Part shown: piece by piece, positions 12,417 to 25,270 of the stretch | Layout of the letters: every line of letters begins with the position of its first letter | Position numbering within the stretch: the first letter of the stretch is position 1 | DNA from: Podarcis pityusensis | Taxonomy: Eukaryota | Length of the DNA: 64,000 nucleotides | Strand: one strand, 5' to 3' | NCBI GenBank assembly: GCA_964106645.2 | Contig: OZ067038.1 | The notes under the pieces: generated by a model | What the model was told of the DNA's origin: nothing | Seen by the model: only the letters and a program-made list of their open reading frames with translations | Databases searched by the model: none | Made by a program: the position numbers and the translations under genes

Positions 12417-15400
12417 GTTTGTAAAAGTGCCTGATTTGTTGCTGCTAATCTTTGCAGTCCACATGTCACAGATAAATATGATTATACTAACCTTTTATGA
12501 AAGTTTTTTTTGTTTTAATGAAAGATTTCTTTATTCTTAATGACCATGTTGAATAATTTTCAGTGGTGTATATGATAAGAGGTATTTGATTTTATCAAAT
12601 GTTTTCATTCAGGTGGTTCAGTAATAAACCTGATTTAATTGAAAACCTTAAGAGCCCCACTAGATGGCAATCTCGGCAATTGATGCTGCAATGCTTTCTG
12701 CTTAGGTTGACAACAACTTATGGAAATTAATCTTGAATTCATTTTGAGGTCACAGATCCAAGAAAAGCATTCCATATATCTGCAGTATCACAGAACCTAT
12801 GAAAGAAGTGTTTAAATCTGCCCAGATTGTGAATCTGGTAGCATACTGCTCGTTCACTAATAGATATTTATATTTTAAAGCAGAATATAAAATGGTCCTA
12901 CTAACCTGATTTTTACTGATAAAAATAAAGCTGTCTGATGGCAGTGACTTCAAAAAGTGGTTCTATTATTTCCTCTGTTTAACCTTACTGGGTGACTGAC
13001 GACTTGGCTACAGTGCAAAAAAGTTGAATCATAATTCTTAAAATCTGTAACTTCACCTTTTATCACCCACACACAAATACATATAAGCAGTCTCCATAAG
13101 TATTCTTACGTATTCTCCTTTCCAAGTATTCTCCTTTCCAAGGAGAGGTGAAGAGTGGTCTTTCAATTACAAGGATTCTTATTCATCCATATACATTAAA
13201 ATATTATTCATGGGAAAGCCCAGTATGAAGAACTTTAAGGGTTTTTTTTTACTTGAATTCACCAGACCAAACTATAATGTAGTTAATGGAAGTGGGCTTC
13301 TCTCCAAGCTGATCAAACTGAGCTGGTAAACATTTGCCAAGTTAAAATTATTTCTAGCCTGAAAATTAAGTTTGCTGTGTTTGGTATAGTATTGCTCATG
13401 GAACAGCTGAGAATCCTGATTCGTGCTGTTGATATTTTTAATTAACTAGCTATCTGTACATTTTTGTTAGAAAGATGGATTTCCATTCATTGATAAAGGG
13501 CAGAATGTCAAAGAGGGATTTTGGAGGTGTGGGGGAAGGTTGAGCTTAATTTTGAACAAAGTGTTTGATTATTTCTGTCCTGGTGCTTTTAAGGGTAGCA
13601 ACTTCAGGATTGATTTGTTGGGCAGCCTGATCACAAGGGACTGCTTCAGTTGCAGCAGTTCACACAGGCTTGTGCTGCTGCAGTTAAAAGTGCCATTCAG
13701 TTGACACACATTCAGCTCTGCTCCACTTGTCATTGAAAAGCCCTGCAACTCCCCTTACTCCAGCTACTTCTTGAGTGCAGCTACATGCTTATTCGGCAGG
13801 TTCAAGGCTGCCTGTGCCCTCAAACATCTGTTGTGTCAAGTGTGGTGGTTGTGTCAGGGTGGTGTGGATTTTTCCAAGTGCTGTCAGAGGCAGAACCTCC
13901 AGATTTTAGAAGCTGTTTCATCAAAGCAGCTCATCGTGCTATTAAACACATTAACACACTGTGCATGCCCTTACTTGAAAATGTACCCGAGTCATTTCAG
14001 TAAAAGTTGTGGCTGGGTTTGCTTTCATACACCGAAACTGTTTTACACGGCTGATAGCTCCCACCTCTGTGGAACCTGGATATACTTTTATATTGCTATT
14101 ACTACAGTATAGTGTTGCAGATAAATCGGAAACCTTGCTAGCTACACTTCAGCATCCCATCACAACAGCAGCTTGAGCAAGCTGGCACTTGCCCAGAAGA
14201 AATGGCTATTCATCCTGGATGAGCATTTTGCTGCAAGCCTCCAAAGCAGAGCTGGGGAACTGGTGCCTCATATTCCTGATTGGACACACTAGGTCTCCTC
14301 GAATGATACTAGGTGTGTGGCATGTAAAGGTAGGGTTTGAATGAAAGGCGCTTTGCAGGCACCGCAATCAGGTGGTGCTTTCAAAGCTCCTTGCAGAAGC
14401 GCTGCCCAGGCACCGACTATCAGCGCTTGGGAACCACTGCATGCATTCCCACCCACTTTTGGCTTGATTTCAAACTGTGTGGGCAAACATGGATCACCTG
14501 ACACCATTAGGCAATTGATAAGGGGGTGGGTCAACTGTCATCACACTTGGCCTGTGGGCGTATGTGGAGATAAGGACCTGACCCTCCCGCCAGATCCAGT
14601 TCCCCACTCCTGCTCCAAAGGAATGTATTCAGGGTTGTTCTTACAGTGGGATACTTGCTAGACATGTGAATGTCAATAATGAAAGACTTCATATAATATG
14701 AAATTTAGTAAATATTGTGGGAAATACACTGGCACATGAACACATATTAAACTTACGATTTTCAGCCCTTCTGTTGTCAGTGAACATATTTTATTAATTG
14801 AGGGTTACATCAAAAGCATACCTTTGCCATCTTCCCTTTAAATGTTTTTTCTGCCTCAACCATAAGATACTCAAACTTCAGCAGTCATATTTTTCTGTGA
14901 TCCTTGATACTGCTACTAGCAAAATGGTGCTCTTTTTTGTTTATTTTGGTCCTAAACTATCATAGCACCTTATCCCCTGCTTGTTGAATAATACAGATTA
15001 TTATTTATAGATTTAATATTATACATTGGGAAATCAAGGCATATCCTGTGAAGTACAATTTTGCATTTCAAACTATTTGATAGTGTCCCTTGAATTTTCT
15101 ATTCCTGCGTTCTTTGTGAGTCAGAAGTAAATTATTTGCTGTCTTTGAAGTAGATCCTGGAAATAGTTTCTACAAGTATCTTTTACAGCTGAAATTTAGC
15201 ATATCAAAGCATTTTTTCTTATGGTGTACACATTTATATAATGATTCACTTGTAAGATTGAAACAGTATTGTGAGTTGAAAAGTAGTAAGGGAGTTTGCA
15301 TAGTTGTAAATGGCAATACTCAAAAAAGGAATTATTTATGAAGGGCAAGTATCTGGAGGTTTTAATGAAACATTTGTCCAGGATCTTAATGCTCTTTCTT

Positions 15401-16874
15401 GCTATTTTAAATTTTACAATATCTGCAATTGAAGATTATTACTTTTTCCCTAGGCTCAGCTGTATTTTCTTGCTGCCATCACAATGAAGCTAGGTCTTCC
15501 GTAGCTACCTATTGCCTGAACTTGTAATAGAATATCCTAGGTAGCTATGGATATTACAGACTGTTTCTGGTTTGTCCTTAATTGGGAAAAGGAAATGTTT
15601 AAGTTTAACTGATGTAGAAATTGTGGAGAAATGGTATACAACTAGGCATAGGCATTATAACCTGAAAACTTGCAAACCACATTGCTCATATAGAGTAGTT
15701 TTAAAGTGATAGATTAAGGAGCATTTTATTTAACTTTTGATAGTTGAGTAATGGCTGTGAAAACTCTCAAACTATCTGATTCAGAAAGTAGCAGCAAAAG
15801 GTCTGTTTATATATATTATATATTTATGTATTTATATATTTAAATTGCTACTTCATTCTGAAAGTACTTTGCATTCTATATTCTTTTGGCATTGCACATG
15901 GACAGCAAATATATAAGGGCCAATTCTTATATGCATGTTCCTCACATGCAAGTTATCATCACTCAATATAAATGAAACACCACTGAACTTTCTCATTGAT
16001 CAATATCATCTTAAGCACAGTGCTCATCAGTTGAGTAAGTTCATATATTCAGTTGTTGGCCATTGACTGATGAGAAATCAAGTAATTATATATGCATATG
16101 TGAACCAACTCTTAGTTTGCATATGGCCTCTGTGTAGTCCCACATATTGGTTCTGAGTCTGTGCAGAGCACCATAGGGAATCTTCTAGCACTAACCCAGT
16201 AATGTTTGTTTTTTGGCATCGGAGCCCACCTAGCAGCCAGGGTGCATGTTTGTTAGAATATGGCCTGTGCCTTTGAAGTAGGTTCCTCTCAGGGAAGCTT
16301 GCATGGTACCAACTTCGTCATTCTTCTGGTGTTTTTATTCTCCTGGACATTTGGTCAGCACTAATGATCCGGCTTTTGGTCACTTATTTTTTGGTGTTTG
16401 TGCTTAAGTGTGTGAAGTGGTTGTTTTATATGTGTGTGCGTGTGTATTATTTAAAGGATTTTCTGTTTTATTTCATGTCTTTGCGTGTAAATCACTATGG
16501 GATTTCCTTTGGCTGTGTTAAGCAGTGCATACATTGAATAAACTAACATAAAACATAATATATAGGTGAGATATATTCTGGAATAATGATTTAAGCTCCA
16601 CCAAAGGACTATAAATTCAACAAACAAGCAGTGGTATATTTTTGAAGGAAACAAGCTTTTTGAAATAGAGACAGGAAGGAGTTACTTGGACAAGGAAGAA
16701 CAGAAGCTATAACGGCAACAGGAAGCCATCCCATGATCTGCCTGAGAGACAGCAGATTGAATGCTGCCCTGGGACATGCAAATGTAACATCCACAAAGCA
16801 AAACATAAAAATGGAGAAGCAACAGTAATAGACCCCATACTTCTCACTCCAATGGGCATCAACCACTCTAACCA

Positions 16875-17113
16875 CAGGACAGAAGAATCCCTTCTAGATC
16901 AGACCCAAAGACCTTATCTAGTCCAGCATTCTGTTTCCTTCAGAGACATACCAGATGCTTCCAGGAAGCCCTTAATAAGGATATGACAGCAAACATTGCT
17001 CTCCTACTGTTGTTTCCCAGGAACTGGTGGTTGGAGAAATGTTGCGTCTAATTTGGAGTGTAGCTTATAACCACTGTAACTCGTAGCCATTAATAACCTT
17101 GTCTTCCAAAAAT
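16875..17113 (-). mobile_element. CR1-type LINE 3' fragment
   Basis: tagatcagacccaaag...atctagtccagcattctgttt...ccagatgcttccaggaagcc is typical of a reversed squamate CR1 3' end. Confidence 0.65.
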
Positions 17114-17559
17114 ACGGCAACTCCAGAGTGGGCACCTGGCTTACACGTTGGATACTTGCTGTAGGGCTCATTTATGAGCTGCATTAAACTGGGAGTGGGG
17201 AAGATCCTTGTCTCATTGCCCATTGAACGGAGGCCAGAAGAACATGGTGATGGTAATGAGTCGTGAGCTGCTTCCACTCATGTTTGTTCATTTCTTTTCT
17301 TACATTTTTATAGGCACTCCATAGCAGGAGTTATTTGGGCAAGCTCACAAATGAAAACAAACATTAAAATGCAGTATAAAACAGTAATAACCAAAGCAAA
17401 TTAATTAATCTGAAACACAACTGAAAAGAACTTTAGTCACAACGCTTTGTCACAGGCATTCATTAGGTGTTGGTGGGTGCATTCTTGAGAGAAGATACTG
17501 CAATTTGGTAATTTTTCATTCTCTGTGTCTCAGCCTAGCTCCTCACCGGTTTCTCTTGT

Positions 17560-17960
17560 GTCTGTGTTCAAAGCTTCCCCTATTGTGACAATACGCTCCT
17601 ATCTAATGTAGGGAGTTGCACTGGAATTCTGTCTGGTTTCTTCCTCCCCCGCTTTCCATGTGCCCTGGTATAGATTACCTGGAATGGCTGGCATTCGCCA
17701 ATAAAATATATCTTGTGCTTCCCCATTGCCTGCACTGTTACATAGTTGGAACTTACTGTATGTTGTGGTTCATGGCCATCAGGACCCTCTTACAGAAGTT
17801 GCAGGTATGCATTGTGAATAGGACGCTATTCCTACCCATTGCGTAAGGGAGGATTATTGCCCACCCACTTTCGCTCTCACAGGTAGGAAGCAGGAAAGAC
17901 ACAGTCTCCAGTTTTGGGCATTTGAGTGTTCTCTGTTGACCCATCCATACACGTTCTTAG
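17560..17960 (-). mobile_element. Possible highly decayed DIRS-type RNase H remnant
   Basis: Scattered minus-strand peptide motifs in the expected order (SGW ... RQWGSTR ... IPG) resemble DAS..GWG / RQGGTRS / HIPG; interrupted by frameshifts. Confidence 0.25.
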
Positions 17961-20448
17961 TTGTCTGGGCATTCCTTGTCCTTGAAGCCCAGTTATAGCA
18001 GTGGAGTTGGGGTTTCTGTTTGGGTGTGCTGAGGTTTGCGTTTGCAGGTTGGAAAGGAGTTCTGAGAAGACAAGTGGGTGAGGTTAGTGCTGGCAGAGTT
18101 CTCCTCTGGCTAATTTTTCTTGACTACTCAAGTTCTTTAGACATGAGGACCGAATGATGTAGCCCTCTGTCATGTGCAGGCAAAGTTAAACTGTATACAG
18201 TAGTAGTATAGCATAAATGTAATGTTAGCACTGTGTCAGCATATATAGTATATAAAATGAATGAATGAATAATAACGGGATTATGTAGCCATCCTATCCA
18301 CATCTAGCAGGAGTAATTTGAGAATAGGATTAAACGATAAGTAAGAAACATTTTTTTCTAAGTTTTTCCAGTTTAAAGGAAACATCTATTCATGTTTGTT
18401 AGCTTTTTAAGAAATACGGGATAGTCATCATTTGGATATCATGGTCCAAAAGCAATACTCATAGTACTGCTTTTAATTTTAGTGTTCTAGCTTCAACAAA
18501 GTAGTGTGAACTCTTGCTTAATTTGATTTTGCATTTCAGCATTTGAACATTTGTAAGGCTCTTCTATTGTGGCCCATCTGAGTTACCATAGAAACCAGAG
18601 ACCTTCATCCTTGTTATTAGAAATGGAATACAAACAGGGCATCAAAGCAATGTTTTCCCTGTATGAATGGCAGCCCTAGACAATCCAAACTTGAATGATT
18701 TTTATTGGTTCTTCTCTGTCATGGAATGTAATATTTAAAGCACCAGGCAGGCCCCCCCTCCCCCAAAAGTGTAAACAGTGCAGAAAGCAAATTTGTAGTA
18801 TCAATAGCAGTTCCTTTTTGGTGTGTGAATGTAACTTGTGCACTGGCCTATTTGCCTTGCACAGAGGGTTTGTTTTATTATCAGCTTAAGGTGTTCTAAG
18901 AAAGCTGCTCTGCAAATAAAATGTGGGAGCAAGTGCTGCTGCTGCAAGTTGAGTGGCTTTGGGTAAAAAATATCCAGTGCAGTGCCTAGTGTATTCTTTT
19001 ACATAAAAAAGCCTGTTCACTACTTCTCTTTAAGAACGAGATGTAATTTTAAAAAATGTAATCATTCAGGAGACTATCCATCTGACAGATGTGTTTACAA
19101 GATTTTATACAACTTTCCATCCTCTGTATATGACTGTGCATTCAGCAGTATTTCAGGGAATATTAATGCCTGGTCTCCATGACAAAGAACCTCTGAAATG
19201 CACCACTAAATGCTGACTGACTCAGCTGCCTTTGTGCCTCAAAATGAATTTCTAATATAGGCTAAGAATATGTCTTTCTAAACAACTTGCTCATCAACAA
19301 AAAAGCAAGCTCAGTCAGCACCGTCTGCGAGGATAGGGACATTTTAATGGTGTGTTTATTTGGCGGTTGTGAGTGGAGGAGAGAATAATAATCTAGGGAC
19401 ACTTCATGTATGATGCTTTTTTTAACCAATGTCACTTATGCATGGGACATGGGCTCAGAACAGAAATCACACCCATGGCAACTTCTAAATTTATTTTCAT
19501 GAGGTGCCATGAGGTGCTTTAATATTAAACTTGCTGTTTTCCCTAGCATTTCTGTCCATTCTTTATTAACTCAGGGTGGTCCTTTAGACACCCTTGTGGG
19601 TAGACAGAAGTATTAATTCAAATTCCGATGCAAATATAGGATCTCTAAGCTTGTCTTAGGCAAGTCACTGTGAAACCTTCTTATTTTCCCTCCAGTCCAT
19701 CCATGCCTTCAAAGACACACATGTTTGCTTAGTAGTACATTCTCCAAATTTCATTCTTTGGAAACATTTTCCATGTTGATGGATAAATATCTGTACCTAA
19801 TGATGTTAGTGAGGAAGGTGTTCTTCTGCACTTTAAAGTTTCGTTGCCAGAGCTTCCTTTGAAGGTACTGTTTATTTCCTCTGCTTTTCCCTAATGGTTT
19901 TCAAAATTCACAATTCCAGTGGTTGGCTCTGTGTTTTATGAAATTCTTAAATACTTGATATTTTTGTTAGGCATTTGGGGTTCTAACCCCCCTCATGTTT
20001 TTGTAGTAGTTCATTTCCTTTACAATAAATTATACTCTGATATATCTGAAGTCATGGTTGTTACTGTTTTGTGATGAAGAGGTATGTGTTCGTGTATACA
20101 CAATTGTTATTTTAATTCATTAAAGTGAACGTTTGGGGTCCTGGGTATTCTGTTTGGGTTGTAGACACTGGATAACCAGTTTAAACACAAAACAGGGCAG
20201 TGATCTTTTAGAAAACATTAACTAGTGTGAACACAAATCTGTGGAAAGTGTAATATAAATAAATACATGCATTAATTGGCTGATAAACTAGCACAAAGAC
20301 AATTAGCTCTGAGCTCACTTTTTAAAATCTGGTGGAACAGAATAAACTCTGCTCCAGTAAGGGGGGGGGGAGGCTAGTGATAGAAAAACAATAACCCTGT
20401 AGTAATAGATGAATGAATAGGTAGAACCAAAATCTTCACTTGCTGCAA

Positions 20449-20578
20449 GCACACAACCTCCCCCCAGAAATTTGGAAGCTCTAAGGGTTATGGGAATTGG
20501 AGTTCTGTGAGGGGTAAACTATGGTTCCCAGAATTCTTGAGTGGAAGTCATGTACTTTAAATGTATGGTGTGTACTCA
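20449..20578. mobile_element. Non-autonomous DNA transposon (MITE) remnant
   Basis: Imperfect internal inverted symmetry and a tttaaatgtatggtgtg terminus common in lizard MITEs. Confidence 0.5.
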
Positions 20579-21427
20579 ACCCAAGAATGAGTCAATCACT
20601 AGTGGTTGAGCACAGCAACCACAGAACATTACAAAACCAGTTATGGTCATTTGTATTGTTGCAGTTCACACATTTAAGAAGTGGAGAATTTGTCCACATT
20701 TTCCCTGTGGTAAATTGGTTGGCTATATTTATCCAGTGTGTGCAACGCTTAAAAAAACTCTGATCGTATTATGGATTGCTTCAGTTCTGTGTTTCTCATG
20801 TTTTGTTTTGTTTTTCATTTTTGTGTAAGGGGGGACCAGCAGCACCTCATCATTATAAACAAGCATAAGGAAAAATAGTATTCTTGACACAGAGGTAGAA
20901 CCCTAAGGAGGCTATATTATTAATAGACCCAGCTTTAAGAGTAGGCTATCATTTATGTGCTCAGTGTTGAAAAACAGATAGATCTAATGTTTGCTAGCCA
21001 GTTTTTATTTAGACATTTTTACTGGAAAGGGAAGGGAAATTACATTTTTTAAAAAAGTTTTATTTTATATTCTCATTGGACAGTTATTCTGTAATGTCAT
21101 GCTTGATTTGCTGAACACTCTTCAGTTGGGAAGATTCCACAATGAAGGGAGAGCACCTCAACGTGCATTTTGATATGATGAATGATTTCTCAGTTGTTAA
21201 AACCTGCATTTTTGGTGGTTGTTTTCATTTGCTTGAGCTTTATGGAAAGGCAGGGATTGCTAGTCATTGGCCGTTACCAAGATCTGGGTGGACTAGACCC
21301 AGCTTAGCTCTGCTCGCTTAGGAATTCAGTGCAGCACCAATTCAGATGAGGTGGGGGGATGTTTCAGTTTTCCATAAAAATTCCATGTCTCTCATTAGGA
21401 GACCAAATAAATAAATAAAATTAAAAA

Positions 21428-21659
21428 ATTGTCTAGTAGCACCTTAGAGACCAGCTAAGTTTGTTCTGGGTATAAGCTTTCATGTGCATGCACACTTCTT
21501 CAGATAAATGGTGTCTTCAGAAGTTATCTGAAGAAGTGTGCATGCACACAAAAGCTTATACCCAAAACAAACTTAGTTGGTCTCTAAGGTGCTACTGGAC
21601 AATGTTATATTATTTATTTATTTCGTCTGCGTCAGACCAACACGGCTATGTACCTGAAT
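21428..21659. mobile_element. Penelope-like element fragment: ~80-bp inverted repeat with a hammerhead-like motif in each arm
   Basis: Arms 21428-21507 and 21524-21603 with a 16-nt spacer; tail cagaccaacacggcta; same family as 10467-10642. Confidence 0.8.
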
Positions 21660-21857
21660 TAGGAGACCAGTCTGCCTAGCAGCTGGGTTTGAGGCTCTGA
21701 ACCTGGTGTTGAGCATTACAGACAGAACGGGATGCTGTTGGTTTCCTTCTGCCCAGTAAGCTCTCTGACTTGAGAGTGAGAGTGGTCTGTTGTGTGGACT
21801 TGGAGAACTCCAGGACAATGGTTCTGGGGGACTCTAACATTCATGCTGGGCTTGCCT

Positions 21858-21920
21858 AATAATGATGATGATGATGATGATGATGATAGCAGCAGCAGCA
21901 ACAATAAATAATAATAAATA
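21858..21920. repeat. Compound (AAT)(GAT)n(AGC)n(AAT)n microsatellite
   Basis: direct. Confidence 0.9.
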
Positions 21921-22891
21921 ATTTATCAATATATTTATTGTTAAGTAAAAGAACTTTGTTTGGCTTGTTCTTAAGTCTGAAATATTAAAGTGCTTTGGTT
22001 TTTGTTGTTACACTTACTGGTCTTGTAGACTCCGTAAAGACTTATCAGATGTGGACAGTTGATGTTGTTGGTATGAAAGCACAGGGGAGCTCTCATGTAG
22101 AAGGTTAATGGAGTGTAATTATAAAGAAAAATGGACTGTTTGCCCACTCTGTCTCACTATACCTGCTCTGAGAGTGACAAGTACTTGATCTTGTGTAAAC
22201 CCTAGAGCAGAGGTTCAACTATCTAAAATTACGACAGTGTAGCTGTCAGACGACCACACTATGAGATATGTGTGAACTTGGTAGGAAAGTTTTCATTCCA
22301 TTTTGTAGGGCCTCCTTTTACAAAAGGCATTCTTAGAAAGCTCCTGTAAATTACAGTAGTTCTTCTCATTTCTTCTCATTCTCTCCCCTCCCCTTCCAAA
22401 AAAGTTCTGCTTATCTCATATTATACTTGTTTCTTTTACATGGTAAAAGTTTGTGATAGTGTGTACATAGTCAGTCATTCTCATATTTAAAAAATAATTT
22501 TTGAATTTGGGATTCCTTATACTAGAAGGTTGAGGAATCGTTGGGGTGTGTATTCTCTCCTAGAACACTGCCAGTATTTTTTTTACTCTGTAAGTTTCTT
22601 TTATTCTTATTCTTTCATTCTTATAACTATTCTAGAATTTTATCTCTCCAACTATTTAGCCTCCATTTAGTTGTTGATTAGTCCTTGTACCGATAGCTTT
22701 CCTTAACCTGAATTCACCTCACCCAAATTAGTTTTTTGCAGAATGTCATGATTTAGTCATATATCTGGCAATGTTTTCCCACCATAAAACAAACAGCCAA
22801 ATCATTTCAGCCTGCTGATAAGATAGGTTATTTCAGCCTGTGACTTTTTTTAAAAAAAAGTTTAACTTCAGCTTTCTCAAACACAGATGAA

Positions 22892-23090
22892 CAGTGGCAG
22901 AGCATTCCCTGCCAGAGCCCAAGGTGGGCGACATGGCACACTATGGGGGCGGGCAGGACCATGGGCCAAAGCAGCGCTGGGTGGCATTGAGAAGGACACA
23001 ACAGCTCACGATGGGGCAGGGCACCATGGTGCGCTCCCCAAAAAACTGTGTCTGGGGCAGTGGCCCCCTTCAGTCCCCCCTACACCCCTG
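22892..23090. mobile_element. hAT-type MITE, 199 bp
   Basis: Imperfect TIRs CAGTGGCAGAG / CTACACCCCTG; 8-bp TSD cagatgaa (22884-22891) / cagatgac (23091-23098); GC-rich relative to flanks. Confidence 0.7.
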
Positions 23091-23916
23091 CAGATGACCA
23101 TAACTGGACAGAGTATTTCAGACGATACCTTATTAGATTATGCTTGGGTGATGGTTTTAATTTTTGTCCAACTTCCTGGAGGTGCTCTCTGTAGTAGGCC
23201 AAGTTGGTTGGAGTTTTGGGTAATTATTATGCGAGTCAGAAAGAGACTTGGTGTACAAGTTTTGGCCACTCTTGAAATTGAGACTTCAAGTGACCACGAC
23301 TGCCAAGCAATTTGTTTTGCTAAGTCTGTACTAAACATTTATGTGGTGATAAGTATTATTGCCATATCATCAGCTACATAGCATAATGTTAAATAGCCAG
23401 ATCAATTCCCTCTCAAGAAAATGAACATGTGGGGCTGATTTCAAGAGATTTTGTGTGGAAGTTTAAGGCAGGACATGTACCACATCAGTTGGAGAGTCCA
23501 TGACTGAGTATCTCAGGACCATAAGTCAACAGATCTGTCGGGACCTAAATCAGGATACAGAAAGCCAAGAATTTTCTTTTTTGTTCAGTTCATTCATGAG
23601 AAATTACACTAAAAATATTGTAACTAGTTTGCTGCCTAAAGAAAACCATCATTCTATCCTACTTAAACCTTCTTGTTTTTATATTGCCTCATATTAGACA
23701 CAAAATTTTTACCCAGTATTTGTTTCCTGTTTGCACAAGGAGTCTGTAATTGCAATGCTACTTGGTTCTTTGCGAGCCCAGGCATAGTGAGCCTAGGTTC
23801 GGTGGGGACTGGTGGTGTGAGAGTACCAAAAAGGACATGACAACATCTTGGGATTAAAAATGGCCTAAAGTTTATTGATTACAGATTCTAGTAGGCTTTT
23901 GGTTAGGCATTGGGTA

Positions 23917-24649
23917 CCATATTTTTCTCTCTATAGGATGCACTTTTTCCCCTTCAAAAATGAAGGGGAAATGTGTGTGCGTCCTATGGAGCGAAGACGC
24001 CATAGCCCCGCGACCCTCTCCCGGCTGGAGAGGTGACACGCGGCTATGGCAGGAGCCTCTATAGCCGCGCATCACCTCTCCAACCGGGAGAGCGCGCACG
24101 GGGCTAAAGAAGCACCCCGCAACCCTCTCCCGGCTGGAGAGGTGATGCGCGGCTATGGCAGGAGCCTCTTTAGCCGCGCGCCACCTCTTCAGCTGGGAGA
24201 GCGTGTGCGGGGCTAAAGAAGCCATAGCCCCGCGACCCTCTCCCAGCTGGAGAAGTGACGTGCGACTATGGCAGCAGCCTCTCCGCTGCGCCTTTCCGCT
24301 GCTCCCTGACCTGCTCTTTGGGGCTGGTGGTGGGCTTCCCCCTGCCAGCCCCAAAGAGCAGGTCGAAAGGAACCTGAAGCCTGGAGAGCGAGAGGGGTCG
24401 GTGCACACCGACCCCTCTCGCTCTCCAGGCTTCCAAGGTAGCCGCCTGAACACACCTTAAACGGCACCTTGTTTTAGAGTGGGAAAACAAGAGGGGGGAA
24501 ATTCTCCCTCTCTCTGCGCAGCGCCTCCTGCCGCTTCGCTGAAGGGGCGCTGGGCAGAGAGGGGGAGATTATTTTTTTCTTGTTCTCCCCCCTCTATAAA
24601 ACAAGGTGCGTCCTATTGTCCGGTGCGTCCTATGGTGCGAAAAATACGG
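23917..24649. mobile_element. Non-autonomous Tc1/mariner (Tc2/pogo-like) transposon with palindromic internal repeats
   Basis: TA at both flanks; TIR CC(G/A)TATTTTTC...ATAGGA(C/T)GCAC; CpG-rich interior. Confidence 0.85.
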
Positions 24650-25147
24650 TATGTATCCTGAATCGGTCTGACTGATTGCCTCATTAGGGTTGATCCTGTG
24701 TTAAAGCCCCCCGCCCCCATGACACAGATCAAATAGGGTAGACCCACCTGGCCACCACTGGGGAAATTTTATGGCCTGTTAGCCCCCTTCTGGGCCTTCA
24801 AACAATTCCCCCCCATGAGCCCATATACCAGGGCACCCTCAGGTCCGTCTCCAAAACCACACCCACCAGACTGACTGCAATTGGCAGATTTGAAATTTAA
24901 TTTTTGGTGGGATATACCAGATGCCCCCACGACCAGCCGAGGCTGTTAGTGTTGCTTCCGGTTGTGCAGGAGAGGACCCCCATATCCCCAAGTAATGTTG
25001 GACTTCCAAGTTTATTTGAAATGTTGGCTTTCTGAGCTCACAGTGCTTTCACAAATGGAAGTGAAGAAATGAATAACTGGCTTGTGGAGTGCCTATATAT
25101 ATAGATAAACCTGGTATTTGGGCAGTTCAGGTAGGGCTGGAACATTA

Positions 25148-25270
25148 GGCCAGCCTTCCACAACTTTGTGCCCTCTAAATGTGTTGGACTATAATTGCCA
25201 TCATCTCTGACCAAGGCTGGCTGGGATTTATGGGATAGGGAGTCCAACAACTTCTGGAGGGGCAGCAGGC
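25148..25270. mobile_element. hAT-like palindromic MITE remnant
   Basis: ccctctaaatgtgttggact ... agtccaacaacttctggaggg inverted symmetry; related to 50700-50836. Confidence 0.6.

Noticed and set aside
23999-24283. Repeated palindromic units resembling a CRISPR array
   Set aside because: Eukaryotic intron, no unique spacers, no cas genes, and bounded by transposon TIRs and TA sites.
23872-24453. 193-aa minus-strand ORF with internal repeats
   Set aside because: Lies within the GC-rich palindromic mariner element; few stops are expected, and it has no transposase motifs.
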